A model generated the notes under the pieces. That model was not told the origin of the DNA. It searched no databases and worked only from the letters and a program-made list of their open reading frames with translations. Below are positions 36,383 to 50,426 of a stretch of DNA of 64,000 nt, piece by piece. This stretch comes from Leidyana gryllorum EB-2025a (lineage: Eukaryota > Protista > Apicomplexa), in contig JBLWGC010000204.1 of assembly GCA_048772705.1 (NCBI GenBank), forward strand, positions 1 to 64,000, given 5' to 3'. How positions within the stretch are numbered: the stretch's first letter is position 1; each line of letters starts with the position of its first letter. Both the position numbers and the translations under genes were made by a program.

Positions 36383-38894
36383 TCAATCGTCGTCTTGCAG
36401 CGGGAGCTTGAGCTCGAACCTAATCAACACTCTGATAAGAAGAAACCGGCGCGAGTTTGATGAGAGAGAGAGGTGTATACTTCTTCTCACCGATCGTGGC
36501 CCACAGTTGTAACCCGCCACCAGTCTTCCGAGATCCGGCGCACAGCGAGACCAACTAGTTCCCGGCATAGAGCGGGTAAACTGTATGCTCGATCAGGTGC
36601 GGGTACTCTCATGGAAATAGTTCCTGCTGTGCCACCGAAAGGTATAGGAAGCTCATCATCGTCCGTCGATTGACGCGCGTTCACGCGATGCATTGACAAA
36701 GCAGACAGGTGCGCTTCCGTTGGAATAGATAGGAGCGGCTGCAGGAATGAGAGATGGATCTAACGTACGGAGAGAGACACCAAACCGCCCGCCCGACCGA
36801 CAGGGCGCTCCTTTCGGTGCAACTTACCACAAGCCAATAGTTCTCATTCGCGGGCGAGCGATGTAACTGAGCGATGCCAACCGTAGATGCCTCCCAGAGG
36901 GCACAAAATACAAGGCCTGCGTCAGTCTGCACGCTAAGAAGTGAAATTCGCGAGATGGGATCCCCCCAGCGCTCAAAAGCAGACATCATCAGCGGGCTCT
37001 GAAGGGTAAATAGAGTGAGTGACTGACACACACACTCTCAAACTCACGGAGGCTTGAAGTTGCCAGTCGCCCTGGTCATTGAGAACCGGAATGAATACCG
37101 ATAGACTGAACTCAGCTGATTGGATTATCACAAGATCGGCCAGTTCGTGATTAAGGTGAGCAGCACGCTTCTGAGAGGCCCGATCAGCCGCTTGACTTCG
37201 CTTTTCCGCGTCCGCAAAGTTCCAAGGATCACGAACCACCGCTGTCTTGACGTAAACTGATGGTCTTAATTGCAATTGTTCACATTCCCAGCCTCGCTCT
37301 TCTGGCCATCGTCCCACTGGGGCTTGTGGGATTGTGAGGGGTAGTTCAATGATGTTATTAGTCGTTTCGTGATGCTCCTGCGACTGAGGAGTATTACCCT
37401 CAGCCACAGTAACCTCATCTTCTTCGTGCTGAGTTTCGTCAGCTCTCTCGTCCTCCTCAGTAATCTCTCTGTCAAATTCTTCTTCTGAGGTCGGACCTAT
37501 TGATTGTGATGCGAATGTCGGTAACGATAGTGAGTCATATGAATCTTCTGCAGGACGCAGTGTCCTTCTCAATCGACGAAGCCACATTCGTCTTGTTGTG
37601 GGGTCCAGCGCACCACCCTGGCGCCAATACGGCGGCTGACTCAATGTCGGTAGTCGGCGTGCAAGGTCCTCCTCGCCTTCCCATCGCTCGACTTCATCGA
37701 ACAAATCGTCTTCTGCCATGTCTAAAACCTCCCCGTCGGCTTCGTTGATTCCGCCGACAGCCTCTCCCCTCAGATCCTCAGTTTCCTGTGTTCGATCAGC
37801 ATTGGAAGTCGGCGAAACGCGACGAGCAGCGCTGCGTCTCATCCAACCAACGCCCCAGCCCCATGAGCTATTCTGCCCGCTCTTGGCGATACATTTCCCT
37901 TCTTGCGAGTCCCTGCCATCAGTGTGCACAAGAAGGAGACACGTGTGTTCACTTACCACACACATATAGTAGTGTCTATGGACGTGGTTGCCAGCAGCGC
38001 TCCTGAAGGAGAAAAGGCGATGGCCGGGATATTGTGACGATGGCCTGCGAATTCCGTCAGGCCTCGTTTGGAATTGTCAACAGTGGCCTGAGTTTCTCCC
38101 TCTTGCAGACTGAAGATACTGATCTTCAATACGTTGTGGGCATTGGTTCCCACTGCCAGAGTGAAGGGATCTTTTGGATGCAGACTGAGGGCCCATGCGG
38201 AAGGGTCAGGTGTCCCAGTTTGCTAAAAGCTGTTGTTGACGCGAGGGACTGCTGATGCCCACTTACGATCAGAAGTCGTCTGTGAGCGTTAAAAAGCGTC
38301 TCGGGTGTTCGAGTGGCGGCTGCTGTCAACCAAAAGACATAGACCTGAGGGGGGCGAAGATGAAGACAGATATGTGGTTCGAGGAGGTTGACCTACCGCG
38401 CCGCTAAAGGTGGCTGCCATGAGTACCGAGCATTGATCGCTCTCTTCGCATCTGAGGTGATTGATGGGGGCGTCGCCATGAACCGAAAAAGTGGCACAAG
38501 CCTTTGGGTATGCGGCTATTCCTTCGTCGCTGCTGATGAGTGCCCCAGTGACAGGGTGCAACGTCCACGCATAGATCTGAGCGAGTGTAGGTGGAGTAAC
38601 AGATGCTTACTGTGCGGGCTGAGGCGAGGAAAAGGTACTGGTCGTTTGCGTCAATGGCAAGAGCATTGATGGCGCTGGTGGGGGGAAGACATTCCGGATC
38701 TATTCGACCCTCCCAGACCTATTTTAGATTGAGACGCTGCACGGAAGAGACCAACCTTCCTAAGTTTACAGTCGTTAGGGCAAAAATCAACCATTTTGGA
38801 GATATGACCTGATGGCAGCAGCAGAAGAATCAGCAGTCGGGACCTCCCCGCGTCGTCACGTATATCTGGTCGCGGGTAAGCAGGGCTCTGGCAT
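36383..38894 (-). CDS. WD40-repeat protein (possibly Crt10-like), multi-exon; ends approximate
   Basis: GHRHNIPAIAFSPSGALLATTSIDTTICVW; AINALAIDANDQYLFLAS; PINHLRC. Confidence 0.6.
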
Positions 38895-38992
38895 CTAATG
38901 GGCTTCAGGAAGGTCGAGCGTCTGCTTTTTTGAGACCGTCCGCACGTGGGTCACATGCCCCAGAAGTGACCAGCAGATGCCTTCGAGCAAGG

Positions 38993-40649
38993 ATGCTCGC
39001 CATTCGGTCTCTCTGCGCGCTCAAGGTCTTTTCCACCTTCTCTTCTGTACACTCCCGCTCATTACGCTTCCCGTTGTTTACACATACTACCGAATGTAAG
39101 TTGGCTCTCTCAAGTCTCCGGTAGAAAAGCACATATCCAGAGTTCCTCCTGTGGCTCGGCTCATCGGGTTGGACGTGGTAGCCTACGTTGGCGGCATAAA
39201 GAATGCAGCACCGGTTGAGCACGTCGCCAGCCAGTTCCTCTCCGGCGTCCTGTTTGCGCTGGCTTTACTGACATTGGGAGCCCTGCTGACCACCAGTATC
39301 CGAGATCCCGGCCGAGTACCCCGTGGGTACCACTGGATCGCCACGGCTTCACGACGGGGCTCCAAATTACGACACCTCCCTGATCGCGACCATTGGACAG
39401 TCTTCGTACCCACCTTCCCCGACTCCTCATTCGCACCCGCACTTCACGCTACGCCCCACTACGGTTCTCGTCTCTACAAAGAGCTCACCAAACATAGTGT
39501 CTTTACCGTTACCACCGGCGTTACTCACAAACACGCCTACATCATTCCCTCTAAAGCTGTGAACGAATGGATCACCTACTTGCAAAGGAATGAAGTCACC
39601 TCACGACCGACGTGCTCCACGGCCGCGGATGATCACTGTCGAGTCGACACAGAGTCACAACGGATCACTATCGAAGCTGCTGGAATACCCACCGAAGTCT
39701 TGGCCAAAGTCAATGACGTCAATGTACTTCTCAAGTGGTGCAGTAAGCAACACTACTGCCCAGAGCTCTAACACACACACACTCCCTTGCTCTGCAGCAA
39801 TTTGCAGACATGTGCGACTACCCCGTACTCGTCACTGCCGGAACTGCCAGTGTTGTGTGGATCGCTTTGACCACCACTGTGTCTGGTAGGTCAGGTTGTC
39901 GGTGGGTAATCAACTCGTCAGACAGGGTGTGCAATTGTGTTGGACTACGGAACCATCGCTACTTCTTGGCCTTTGTGGCCCTAACGTTCCTATTGGACGT
40001 TTACATTGCCCTCCTCTCAGCCATAGCAATAAAGGTGAGCGACAAACGCGCACTGCGAGCGTTCTATCCAACCAATTATTTCTTCTTCTTCTCTTTCAGC
40101 ACGAGTGGTGGCAAACGGCCACTAGCCACAACACTTCCAATGGTTCAAGGTTGGCTATAGCTAGCTATGTGATCGCTGCGGGCAGTCATTGGTGGCATGT
40201 GGTGTCCGACATCCCAGGCATGTGAGTTTGCGTGATTGTGTGAGAGAGCTTTCTTATCCCGTCTCATTGTTGGTGCAGAGTGACATTATGTACATTTACG
40301 GCGCTAATGCTCGTTCCGTTGGGAAACCTGGCGCTGTTCCACTTTGTATTACTGGGCAGCAACCGGACCACCACGGAAGAGGTATGTTCAGGTTTATGTA
40401 TTGGAAGTGATCGCGTTGGCGGCGGTGCAGATGAGGGAGCAGAACGTGACGTCGAACCCTTATTCTCAAGGAACACTGCGCAATTTACTCTGGTTATTGT
40501 GGAAGCGTCCTCCACCGTCCCTGATGGATAGATGGGGCCAAATCCGAGTGATCTCGAGCCGGGGTTGGCGATCATCCCGCCAGGCGGAGATTGAAGAGAC
40601 TAGACACGCGCTTTGCGAACCATTGGTGTCGGACAGCGAAGTTGATTGA
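38993..40649 (+). CDS. DHHC palmitoyl acyltransferase, multi-exon
   Basis: CRHVRLPRTRHCRNCQCCVDRFDHHCVW | VCNCVGLRNHRYF; DPG; TTTEE; NPYSQG. Confidence 0.92.
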
Positions 40650-40789
40650 GAGAAAAATCGAATAAGAAGAGAAGAATATAATGAAAAAGAAGAACGACAT
40701 TCTATCGGGAAGACAATATATACACACACCACACACACGCATACACATACACCTCTCTGTTGACGAGCGCGCAGGCTGCGTGCTCATCT

Positions 40790-43097
40790 TCATTCCTTGT
40801 TGATCTCCTCCAGAGTCTTCCCGGTGAGGTCGGGCACACAAAATACAACGAAAGCTAGAACCAAAAGAGAAGTCCCCGTCAGCAGGGCGAAAGTACCTGT
40901 CAGAGTCGCGATACAGTAGTGTAAGGAAAAGTAAGAGACACACGAGCCTACCAGTAGCTGTCATAGCGAGGACGAGGAGTCTAAAGGCGAGTTGGAAGGC
41001 GAATGACAGAATCCAGAAGGTTGCAATGGTGACACCCATGCCAATACCCCTAATCGATGATGGAAGTACCTCACTGGCGACCACAAACATGAGTCCTGCC
41101 CAACTGATATTCCAACAGAACATGAGCCCCCAGAGGAGGATCATCACTAAAGTACTCTGCGGGGTGGTGGGGAACTTGGCGAGATCTTGGCCATCCTCCT
41201 CTGAGTACGCAGGGCAGCCTTGGAACTGACCGACTTTGAAGGTGATCTATCATCATCAAGAAAGAACAAGGATGAATGTCTAATCCCAATGAGGAGATCA
41301 CTCACGGCTAAGCCGATATGACAAAGGAGGGTGCCTGTGGTACCGCAGATCAAAGGAAAGCGTCGCCCAACTTTCTCCAAATACAAAAGCATCAGGGTCA
41401 CGCCGGCAAGCTGTAAGTATTTAGACACACAAGTATTAGGGCCGCCAAGAGGTAAGAGTCTCTCTCACCTTGACTACACCTATCATGACGCCAGTGAAGA
41501 GAGGGTCGCATATGTCGCCCATCCGCATCAGATCCACCGAGTAATACAGAATGGTGTTGGCACCCGTGAAGTTTTGCGAAATAGCGCAGCCGCATGCGAC
41601 AAACAACGCCTTCTTGAAGCTCAAGAGGCGTCTTATGCCACTGAAACCCTCATAATTCAGGATTTTCGACCCCATAAAGTTGAGACGTTTCCCCCAAGTC
41701 AAGGTGCCTTCGTTCCGAGCTGCCTCCATTTCCTCCGCATGCCGTCTCTGTTGCTCCTCTCGACGCCGCTGCTTAGCTTCTTCCCGCAACTCCTGTTCTT
41801 CCATCAAATTCAGGAGAGTTTGGAGAGGGGGCTGCCGTTTGGAGGGAACAGCCTCGCTGGGAGAGTCAATCGACACTCTCGAGGGTGACCGAGAATTGAT
41901 GTTGACCATTGCCGACCGTAGTTCCAAATCGAGATTCAGGTGATCGATTGGTCTACCCATCTCGTCTGCTTCACTCAATAGCATTTTCGTAGCCCTAACG
42001 CGAGAGAGTCGGGACATATCACTGCCGGAAACACAGGACATATCCGCTAGTAACAACGAGTCAACAATGGCATTCCGAGACTCTGTCTCCACGTCGTCCT
42101 TTGTACCCCCACAGATCGGCCGTTGCCCAGCTATTCTCTCAAGCGCTATCCGCGCCTTCCGGACTTTCTTGTGACTCACTAACCACCGCGGAGACTCCGG
42201 AAGGAGAATAGTACCCAATAATTGCAGCACAGCTGGGATACCAGCCGCCAATAGGAGCCATCTCCAATGATGGACTGGATTCACTAAATAGGCTACAGCA
42301 TAGGCCGCCAGACACCCAATGCACTGAGCTACTTCCTGACATGTCACAAGTACCCCTCGCACGTCAGCAGGCGAAACCTCCGCCATATACGTCGGAAACA
42401 CAACGAAACCCATCCCTATTCCCACTCCCAGAAGCGAGCGACCGATCAACATACCCTACGACAGAGAAAATGTGTCCACGTCTACACTGGGGGGGGTGTG
42501 TGTGTGTGTGTCGACTCACAGTGTAAGTCTGAGACAGAGCCATCATGGTGGCGGCTCCAGCGAAGAAGATATCGGATGCGACCAGAACAGCTCTTCGCCC
42601 GAATTTGTCGGCTGCCCAGCCTCCCGCGAGCGATGATACCATGGCGCCAGGAGCCAAGATGGCTACAAAGAGCTCGTTCATGATGCAAGGGCGGGCGTCC
42701 GAGAGACCCTCTCCGACTGGCCCGGGGCACACACCAAAATGATCGCGGATAGGCCCCAGAACCACTGCCACAATGCAGAGATCGTAACCCATCAAGAAAC
42801 CAGTCACAGCTGTGACCAGCACCATCATTGTTAGGAACACACTCGGTCTCTCGTTGTTGGTCTCTTCAGTGTCATCTTCCTCATCGATCACCTCCAAGGC
42901 GTTTTTGCTGTCACGTCGGTGTTGGACACAGACACTCAAACCTCTCCTCACCTCGCACCGTTCTCTAATATGGCGTCTGTCATTTCTACTTCGGCAAACT
43001 TGTCCCCATTCACCTTTAATGGAGGTGAAGGTGCTGTGGACACCACAGCGGCTGAAGGGAGGTCCCCTTCAGCAGGATTGACGGGTACTTTGAGCAT
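40790..43097 (-). CDS. MFS sugar porter family transporter, multi-exon
   Basis: GFLMGYD, ADKFGRR, YMAEVSPADVRG, LPESPRWL, QNFTGANTILYY, EVLPSSIRG, PDLTGKTLEEI. Confidence 0.93.
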
Positions 43098-43125
43098 AGG
43101 ATGAAATGCACCAGTGCATGCAAAA

Positions 43126-45544
43126 TTAGATCTGAGGCGGATGACTCGCCCAAAGCGTATCGTCCGCGTTGTCTAATTCCCAGAAGTCTCCTTTATCCCT
43201 TGTCCACGCCTCATCCCATGGATCGGCCAGTGTGTCTTTCATGACCACACCTGATCCTTCCTCTTCTTTGATAAAAGGCATGTCGGATGGGAAGGGTAAA
43301 TCCTTCTCATCATCGGTTGGGCTTCGCAACAGATCAGAAATGGGTCCCTCTGCCGGATTAGGCGGAGGAGGAGCCTCCTTCTCAACGCTTCCAGACTCGC
43401 TCAATGATTGTCGTCTCATAGTGCCTTCATTCGGAAGGGGTGCCTTGTCTGCGACCAAAGTCGTAACAGCTTCGTCAGGCCAAGGCATTCCGCCGTCGCC
43501 CTCTGTAGCCGACCAGCCTCCCCACTCAGTGTCGGGCTGACCAGAATCGCTCGGCTTTTGAGCCTCCTCCTGGTCGAAACCCATGAAAAAAGATGTACTC
43601 GGATCCACATCTGTGTGAAACCAATCTGCGGCAACGACACCCTCCTCCTTCTTAACTGCAGCTTTCTCCTTCTCGACCACAACGACACTGCCCCTCGGCG
43701 GTACGGGACTCGAGGTTCCGTCGCCTCCCGGGAACGGAATCTGTTCATCGCTCTTTCGTTTTGCCGTCACACTCACTGCCGCCGCCGCCGAAGAAGAAGA
43801 AGAAGGCTCATCCGCAAATATGTCGTTAGACTGCCAGGGATCTTCAAACACAGACCGTTGGGCCGAAGCGGTCGCCGTAGTGACATGAGACGGCAAATGT
43901 TGACCCGTGAGGCTGTCGCTGGTCTTGGGCCGACTCCTCGTTTTGGTCCCAGACCGATGTGGCAGACGCATGCTCCCACCACCATCCGGTGACGTTGCCT
44001 GATTATTGGATGCCCCGGGAAGTGGTCGAGGGTGCACACTTTTGCTGCCTTTGGATGAGACAGCACAGCTGCCGCCGAATGGATCTGTGGACGCGATTCC
44101 AAACGCATCCTTGGGACTCAATGTTGCTGGCGGCGGACTCGCCGGCGACAAATTCACTTCATCATCCTCCCCCCAGAAAGCGGCAGCGCCCACTGACGCT
44201 GTCATTTTCTTGGGTACCGGGATCACTGTGTCAGGATGTGGGTGGACCACCTTCTCCACCTCAAATGCGTCTCCAGCAGTCAACGATCTCCCGCCTTTCT
44301 CCTGACTCGTTCTCGTCGTAGACTCACTGCTCACGCTGGACATCACTTCGAAGTGTTTCCGCAGCTTCGACTTCTTCTTCGAGTGCTTTCTGCGAGGGAG
44401 TATCTCTTCACTGGTGTCGTCAGAAGTAGATGAGGTGGAGATTAGCGAGGACCGTCCTCGAGTTGAGGAGGTGGTCTGCGTCCCGCACTCCTTCATCACA
44501 GACGCCGTCGTCGAGCCACCAGCTGGATTCACATTCTCCTTTGGAAGCGTCATCAAGATCTCCACCTGGTAAACCCCAACAACACAAGTGACCGAACAGT
44601 GTGTAGCAACAGCAACGGACCTTTATCTGTGGTCCCTGAGAGTCTTTGTGGTCCATCTGCCGCCACCCTTTGTGGAAGAAAATGGAACACGGGAAGTCCC
44701 CAGGGATCCCCTCTTGGATTTCGACAAGCTCGTTCATCCCGATCATGCTGTCTCCCACACGCTTGTCATCACGCTGTCGGACGTCAAAACGGGGTACAGT
44801 GGGCGGAAATGACTTTGTCTTACGATAGTATGTCGTTCCCAGAGGTGTATTCTGATCCAACTCCTGCTTGGATGGAAATTGTCGAATTCGAAGGTCGTTC
44901 GGAACGCCGGGTCAGAGCCCCCTAAATGCCATGACAACAACTGTACCGCTACCATAGTTACATCCGACACTAACCATCATACCACCCGCTCCTCTGACCC
45001 GCACGTCCATCGACCCGCACTTCAACCGCGTGTAGAGATGTCGACGATCGGGTGTATCTTGCCCCCTGTTCAAGAATAGCGTGTGTGCTCCATCGCACAC
45101 GAATGACAGCCTCCGGTTATTACCTCAATATAAACGCTCAGCGAAGGCTGTAGATAGAAGCGAAAGGGTCGCGTGCCAATGTTGGTGATGTTACGGTATT
45201 TGCTGAGCTCCATGAAATGATCGCGTCGTGTGGACCGTCTGGGTGTCATGGAAGCCGTAGCTATCACTTGAGATGCCACTATAGCTCCTCCTCCTCGTTG
45301 AACAAGAGACTGTGTAAAGCTCCGTAGCGCGGCCTTATAAGCGACAAGTTCAATAGTGGGTCACGGGCCTTACATCACGGTCCCAGTCATTGGCGACGAG
45401 CAGACTGTGTGCCCGCGCAGGGCTCAATTTAGTGCTTCTAGCAACATGATGGAGGTCGGCACTCTCTTGGGAAGTCAAATGTTGATCTCGGACATATCTG
45501 GCGATGATCGCTGAGTCCATGGCCTGAAATTTCGAGGGCATCAT
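43126..45544 (-). CDS. Multi-exon protein with possible C2-like region and long disordered tail with DPF/DPW motifs; start uncertain
   Basis: RFDVRQRDDKRVGDSMIG resembles a C2 strand; 479-aa low-complexity last exon with DPF, DPW x2, DIF, WGGW. Confidence 0.5.
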
Positions 45545-47673
45545 GCGGCTGTTGCCAGGTGTATTCATCCTGGCATTTGTTGTTCGGCTCCTCGTAGCAC
45601 TATGCCTAGGTGCCCCAAGGTCCTCATTCTCTCTACACAGCCCAAATGGAAGGATTAACAAATTGACCTATCCTCTCTTTACAGAGTTCTCGATGCAGAC
45701 CAGACAATCCTCGCCTGACGTCGCCGAAATTGTGCTTGACTATCTATCTCCCATATCGGGTACTGATAAGCCCCCACTACCTATGACCCTCGAGGCCGCC
45801 AGAATAGCCGCCCATGATGCACGAGAGACTCCTGCCCTGACCCTACTCCTACACAAGCTTTTTCGTCGTCTCGCTCCCCACCGGGGTTGGTGGATATGGT
45901 TCTTTGTCAGCACTATTGCTGACATGTTTGTCGGTCTGCTGATGGGACGTCTCACTGTTCGCGCGCGCAGCATTGAAAGATCGCCCTTCAGTGTTTGGGA
46001 GAATCAGAAAAGGCGATTGGAAGAAGTCAAAACTGACGGCGAATGGCATCTGCCGCGGCAAGAAAAGCTGCTCGAGCTCTCAACTCCATCGCCTCTCGCT
46101 GTCACTGCCATCTACGTCCTCAATCCACTATCAGTAAGTGACCTCAATCCTCTCTGTGTCGCAGTTCGACCACCTTTCCTCTCCCCGTCACTGCTTCTCC
46201 GTCTCTCAGATTATCAGTACCGGGATGGCCCCAAGTGCCATCCCATTGGCCCTCGCAGCGCTGATGGTGGCGGTGGTGGCCCACCTCGAGCACGTTAGAA
46301 GACTTCACGAACCAATGACAGCCCACAAACATCTCGTTATCGGAGCTATCGGGCTCGGGACCTATCTGGCCCTCACTAACAGTATTGTGGCTCTGGCGCT
46401 GCCCATAACTCTTGGAGCACTTTATACCTCTCGAAATCCATTCCAAGAAGTGAAGCGAGGCAAAGTCATGCGCTTCCTGAGTTGGTTCGGAGACGGGCTG
46501 GGTATCTGCGCTGCCTCAATTGCAATCGCAACCATCCTGACCTTCCTGAGCTATGCCGCTTGTCAACTCGGTCTGTCTTCATTCCTGGTGAGAGGCTCTG
46601 AAGTCCCAGCGTAAAAATCAAAGCTACACAGACAGAGGAATTCCGATTTGTCAAGCGCGAGTGGTCATACAATGCGGACACACCAGACGCTGGAACGACT
46701 TGGCTGATGATGATAGCAATGTTCCCTCACGCCCGGTTGGCCTTCATTATCTTCTTAAATGTAAGCATTGGCCGGGAGGGGTCAGCGGATGGGAGTGACA
46801 CCGTCAATTCGTCTCAGACCCATCTGATTATCCACGCGTTGCCGCTCACAATGAGGTGTCATGACTATATCCGCCACATGCTGCCGTTTCTGGTCATTGT
46901 AAGTGGATGTCTGTGAGGCAACTGATCACCATCACTTGCGCAGTTGGTCCCTATGTTTGAACGCCAAGTCGGACTGCCGCATTGGGCCGCCGTGATCGCC
47001 GGACTTATGATATATCAGGATGTCCTACTGCAATACCGCCCCACTCTCGTGATGGTGAGCCGGATGGGAGTCACGACTATGAGAGTGATTCTGTTGTTTG
47101 ATCAGTTGATAGTGGCCGCCGCTGGATGGGCCCTCCAATCTGGGATTTTCGAAGTTTGGCTGGAGTATGACATATGTAGGTCGCCACTGATTCAGAAAGT
47201 CTCTGCTAATGATCTCTCCTCCTTGAAACACAGCCAACTCGACCATTGCGTTCAATACCACAGCCATCCCCGCGATATTGTGCGCCCTGATCACGGTGCA
47301 AGCGATCAGCTCCATGCAGAAAGCCAATGAGACGTTGGTGATGCCAACTGAGGAGCCCATTCGACCCTTCTCGAGCAAGACAGCTCCCTCGAGCCGTGAA
47401 TGGCATACGCCCAAACTCAGGTCGCCTCGGGGCGGCAAAAGCCCATATGAACGCTCGTCCGGAGATCGAAGTCGTCGAAGCCGACATGGATCAACTAGCC
47501 ATGGCACCCCATCGGATTTGGGGTCTTGTAGTGGCGACAGAGAAAGGAAGAAGAAGTCTCGATCTACGTTCACATTTGATACCCCGTGTGCTTCAGAAAC
47601 GGGAGGCAGTGATAGTAGAAGAAGGCACAAGACCCGTCCACCTTCTAGACACGGCAATTTGTTGGTGCAGTAG
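45543..47673 (+). CDS. GPI transamidase subunit PIG-U-like membrane protein, multi-exon
   Basis: Multiple TM segments; YVLNPLS and PDAGTTWLMMIAMFPH resemble PIG-U YLLNP and PNxGLxWYFFxEMF motifs. Confidence 0.62.
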
Positions 47674-49434
47674 AGGTGGGGACGAATTCCATCATAACAC
47701 CGAAATGATCCGAGGGATGCAATGGCAATGAATTCTCGTCCACCACCTTAGTGCCCGTAAGTCGCATCCAAGACGGCTTCCATCCGGCTGACTTGAGATA
47801 GAAACGATCGAATCGCAATCTGGGTCGCTGTTTTCGTTTCCCATAATTGTGGTTGATGAGCATATCCCAGGTATATCTAGCGTTGGTGGGTTTGCCCAAC
47901 AGTTCCCATACGTCACTCCGTTTGAAGGAAGCTGCCAAGGTTAGCCAAAATGAGGCTGGAATCGCCACCTACCATTCATTTTCTCCACTTCAGAATCCCT
48001 TAAATTCAAATCGCCGCCAAACAGTACTATATAGTCCTTTCCGCTGCTGCATTGATCAAACGATGATTCAGACGTGTGTCTCGCGCGCATACACACTCAC
48101 GCTCGTGCTGCCAAGTCTATCCAATCATTCACCAATCGGAGCTGATTTTGCCGCTCCGCGGCACTAGATACACAGCTTTCGAGATGGCTGTTGGCGATCC
48201 AAACATTGGTCCCAGGACAATCCCTCATTGACAACTTGACCGCCAGCAGGTGTCTTCCCATGACGGATTTGGGGAAGTGGTAAGTCGCTCCAATTTGACA
48301 TTTCCCCTTGGACGTCACGCTGCTGATCCCAGGCGGATACTCCACATCAAAGTGAAATCTAGATACCAATGTTATATTCCAATAAGGCATTCGCGTCTTC
48401 TCGAGATCAATCTGGTGATTTCGAGAGGGTCGCCAGTTCGTCTTCTCCGCAGGTGTGAATATCCAGTAGCTGTTCCCCAAATACTTCTCATAAACCCCTT
48501 GAGTCGGCTGAATAACTTCCTGCAACATCACCACCAACGGCTTTGACTTTCGAATCTCATCGATTACTCCGAACGTTCTTCCCAATAGTTCCCGTTCATC
48601 CAAACCGTCCACATTCCAACTCAGCACAGTCAAAGGCGTCGGTCCATCCAGCGAGCTCTCAGAGTTAGACCGCTGTAAGGGCGGTCGGTGGGTGGCCGGG
48701 CGCTGGAAAGTCTCATTCGGAGTCTCATCATCATGTGCGGGGTCAAGTGCCGCCATCATCTCTCTCTGCAGCAAGTAGGGCTCCTGTGGCAACAGATTGG
48801 GCTCTTTCTGCTGAAGGGCTTCTTGCTGCAAAATTGAGGACAATTCCGAGGGCTGTGAGCGGCTGGCGCCTCGCAGCTGCGGCCGGCACACTGGATCGGG
48901 CGGCACCCTCGTCTGTGTTATGCTAACTGGGACGCGTTGGCCAGCGGCGTGCCCCGCTTCCACCATATATTGGAGCAGCTGGCAGGCGTCACTGACTCCG
49001 AGAGGCATTTCAGCATCACCTGGATACCGCTGTGCGGAGTCGGAGGGGGGTTGGGTGGTGGGGATGGGACGCATGTCAACGTCAGAGTCTTCAGAATCAG
49101 GAATGAGAATGGTGACGGCATCATTGGAAGGGGGCGAGTTCGGGCGCCCGGCTGCCATAAAGGTGGATTGCATTGGCACTTCGATGGCGGAGCGACTGGG
49201 GGATTGTTGAGTGGACGACATTGGGCCACTGTTCATCCCTTCGGATCGTCGTACCTTGAAAGCATCGGGTTGAGTGCTCGCAGCGGGGCTGACTAAAAGT
49301 GAAGGAAATACAATATCGTGACAATTCGCACCTCGTTTCCTCGGATTGCGCTGCTCTGGCTTGGAGCTGTTGGTGGCTTGTTCTTTTGCCCTCCTCCACC
49401 TGGCTGCCAGGAGAGCTTTCGTCTCGGGGTCCAT
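47645..49434 (-). CDS. TDP2: Tyrosyl-DNA phosphodiesterase 2-like EEP nuclease
   Basis: VLSWNVDGLD, VMLQEV, MGRHLL, NSHLES, TWD, RFDR, PSDHFG. Confidence 0.85.
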
Positions 49435-49821
49435 TTTTTTCACTTGAATGGATGCTCGAAAGCGCCCTCACTCAATGATGGAGCGCGACGAAGATTCTCC
49501 CGTCGCGGTACAATGTGGCGAGGTGGTTACTTTGTGTGACTCGGAGCATTTGCAGCTCCCCCCGCCTTACCCAAACGGTGTTCGGGTCCCCGATGCTGAT
49601 GATATTAGAGTCAAACTGGCCGTGCTGTCAAGGAGTGAGTTGACGATATTCTTTCGAGAGACTACCTACACTCATCGTTTACAGGCGAACTATGCGACCT
49701 CGTTGTGGCAGCCGCTGTTGAGGACGAAAAGGTCCAAGAATTGATAGATAATTTGTATCTTCAGGCCATGATGAAGGGTGTGCGAGATGCTGCACCACCT
49801 GCAACCTCCCAAGACTGAGTT

Positions 49822-50406
49822 GTGATGTTCAGAGTATTATATCCCGATGCAGTCTCGGGGCCGGCGCCTGTGATCGAATTTAAGGGCCGCAAACGATATG
49901 AGACCATTGGATGGATCAACATGGCATCATCTCTATTCGGTCAAGCTATCCTGTTTCTGGGTGTGAATCACAATGAAGCCACTGGCCAAGCGGCTCCCCG
50001 ATACATTTTATGTCTCTCGGTTCTCTGCTTTGTAGTGGGAGCTATGGCACTGTGCTGTTCCCGGAGATACAAAGGCGGGATTACGGACAGAGAGGCGCTA
50101 CGGACCCTTAGACAGTTCTGTTTACTCGCCGCAATTCAGTATAGTGCATTAATAGTAGGCGGAGTTTTGCTGCGCAGAATATGGCAGGCCAAACGAGACC
50201 CCAGCAAGGTGTACTACTACCTTATGATACACAATCCCTGGATAGCCCAAAGTGTGATTTTTATGACCACCCTCCACGCAGTCTGCGTATTCGCAACCAC
50301 CTATGCTGGCATCATTCTAATCACAGTCGACCTCATTGAACTCAGTCGCGATGCAAAAGGGCGCCAACGTCATCATCTCCACTCTCGCGCACTCAGTCAG
50401 TCCTGA
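49822..50406 (+). CDS. Small multi-pass membrane protein
   Basis: About four hydrophobic segments in a 194-aa ORF; an upstream exon at 49448-49744 is possible. Confidence 0.55.
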   Translation: MMFRVLYPDAVSGPAPVIEFKGRKRYETIGWINMASSLFGQAILFLGVNHNEATGQAAPRYILCLSVLCFVVGAMALCCSRRYKGGITDREALRTLRQFCLLAAIQYSALIVGGVLLRRIWQAKRDPSKVYYYLMIHNPWIAQSVIFMTTLHAVCVFATTYAGIILITVDLIELSRDAKGRQRHHLHSRALSQS

Positions 50407-50426
50407 TCATCGTCGATCACCGATCA

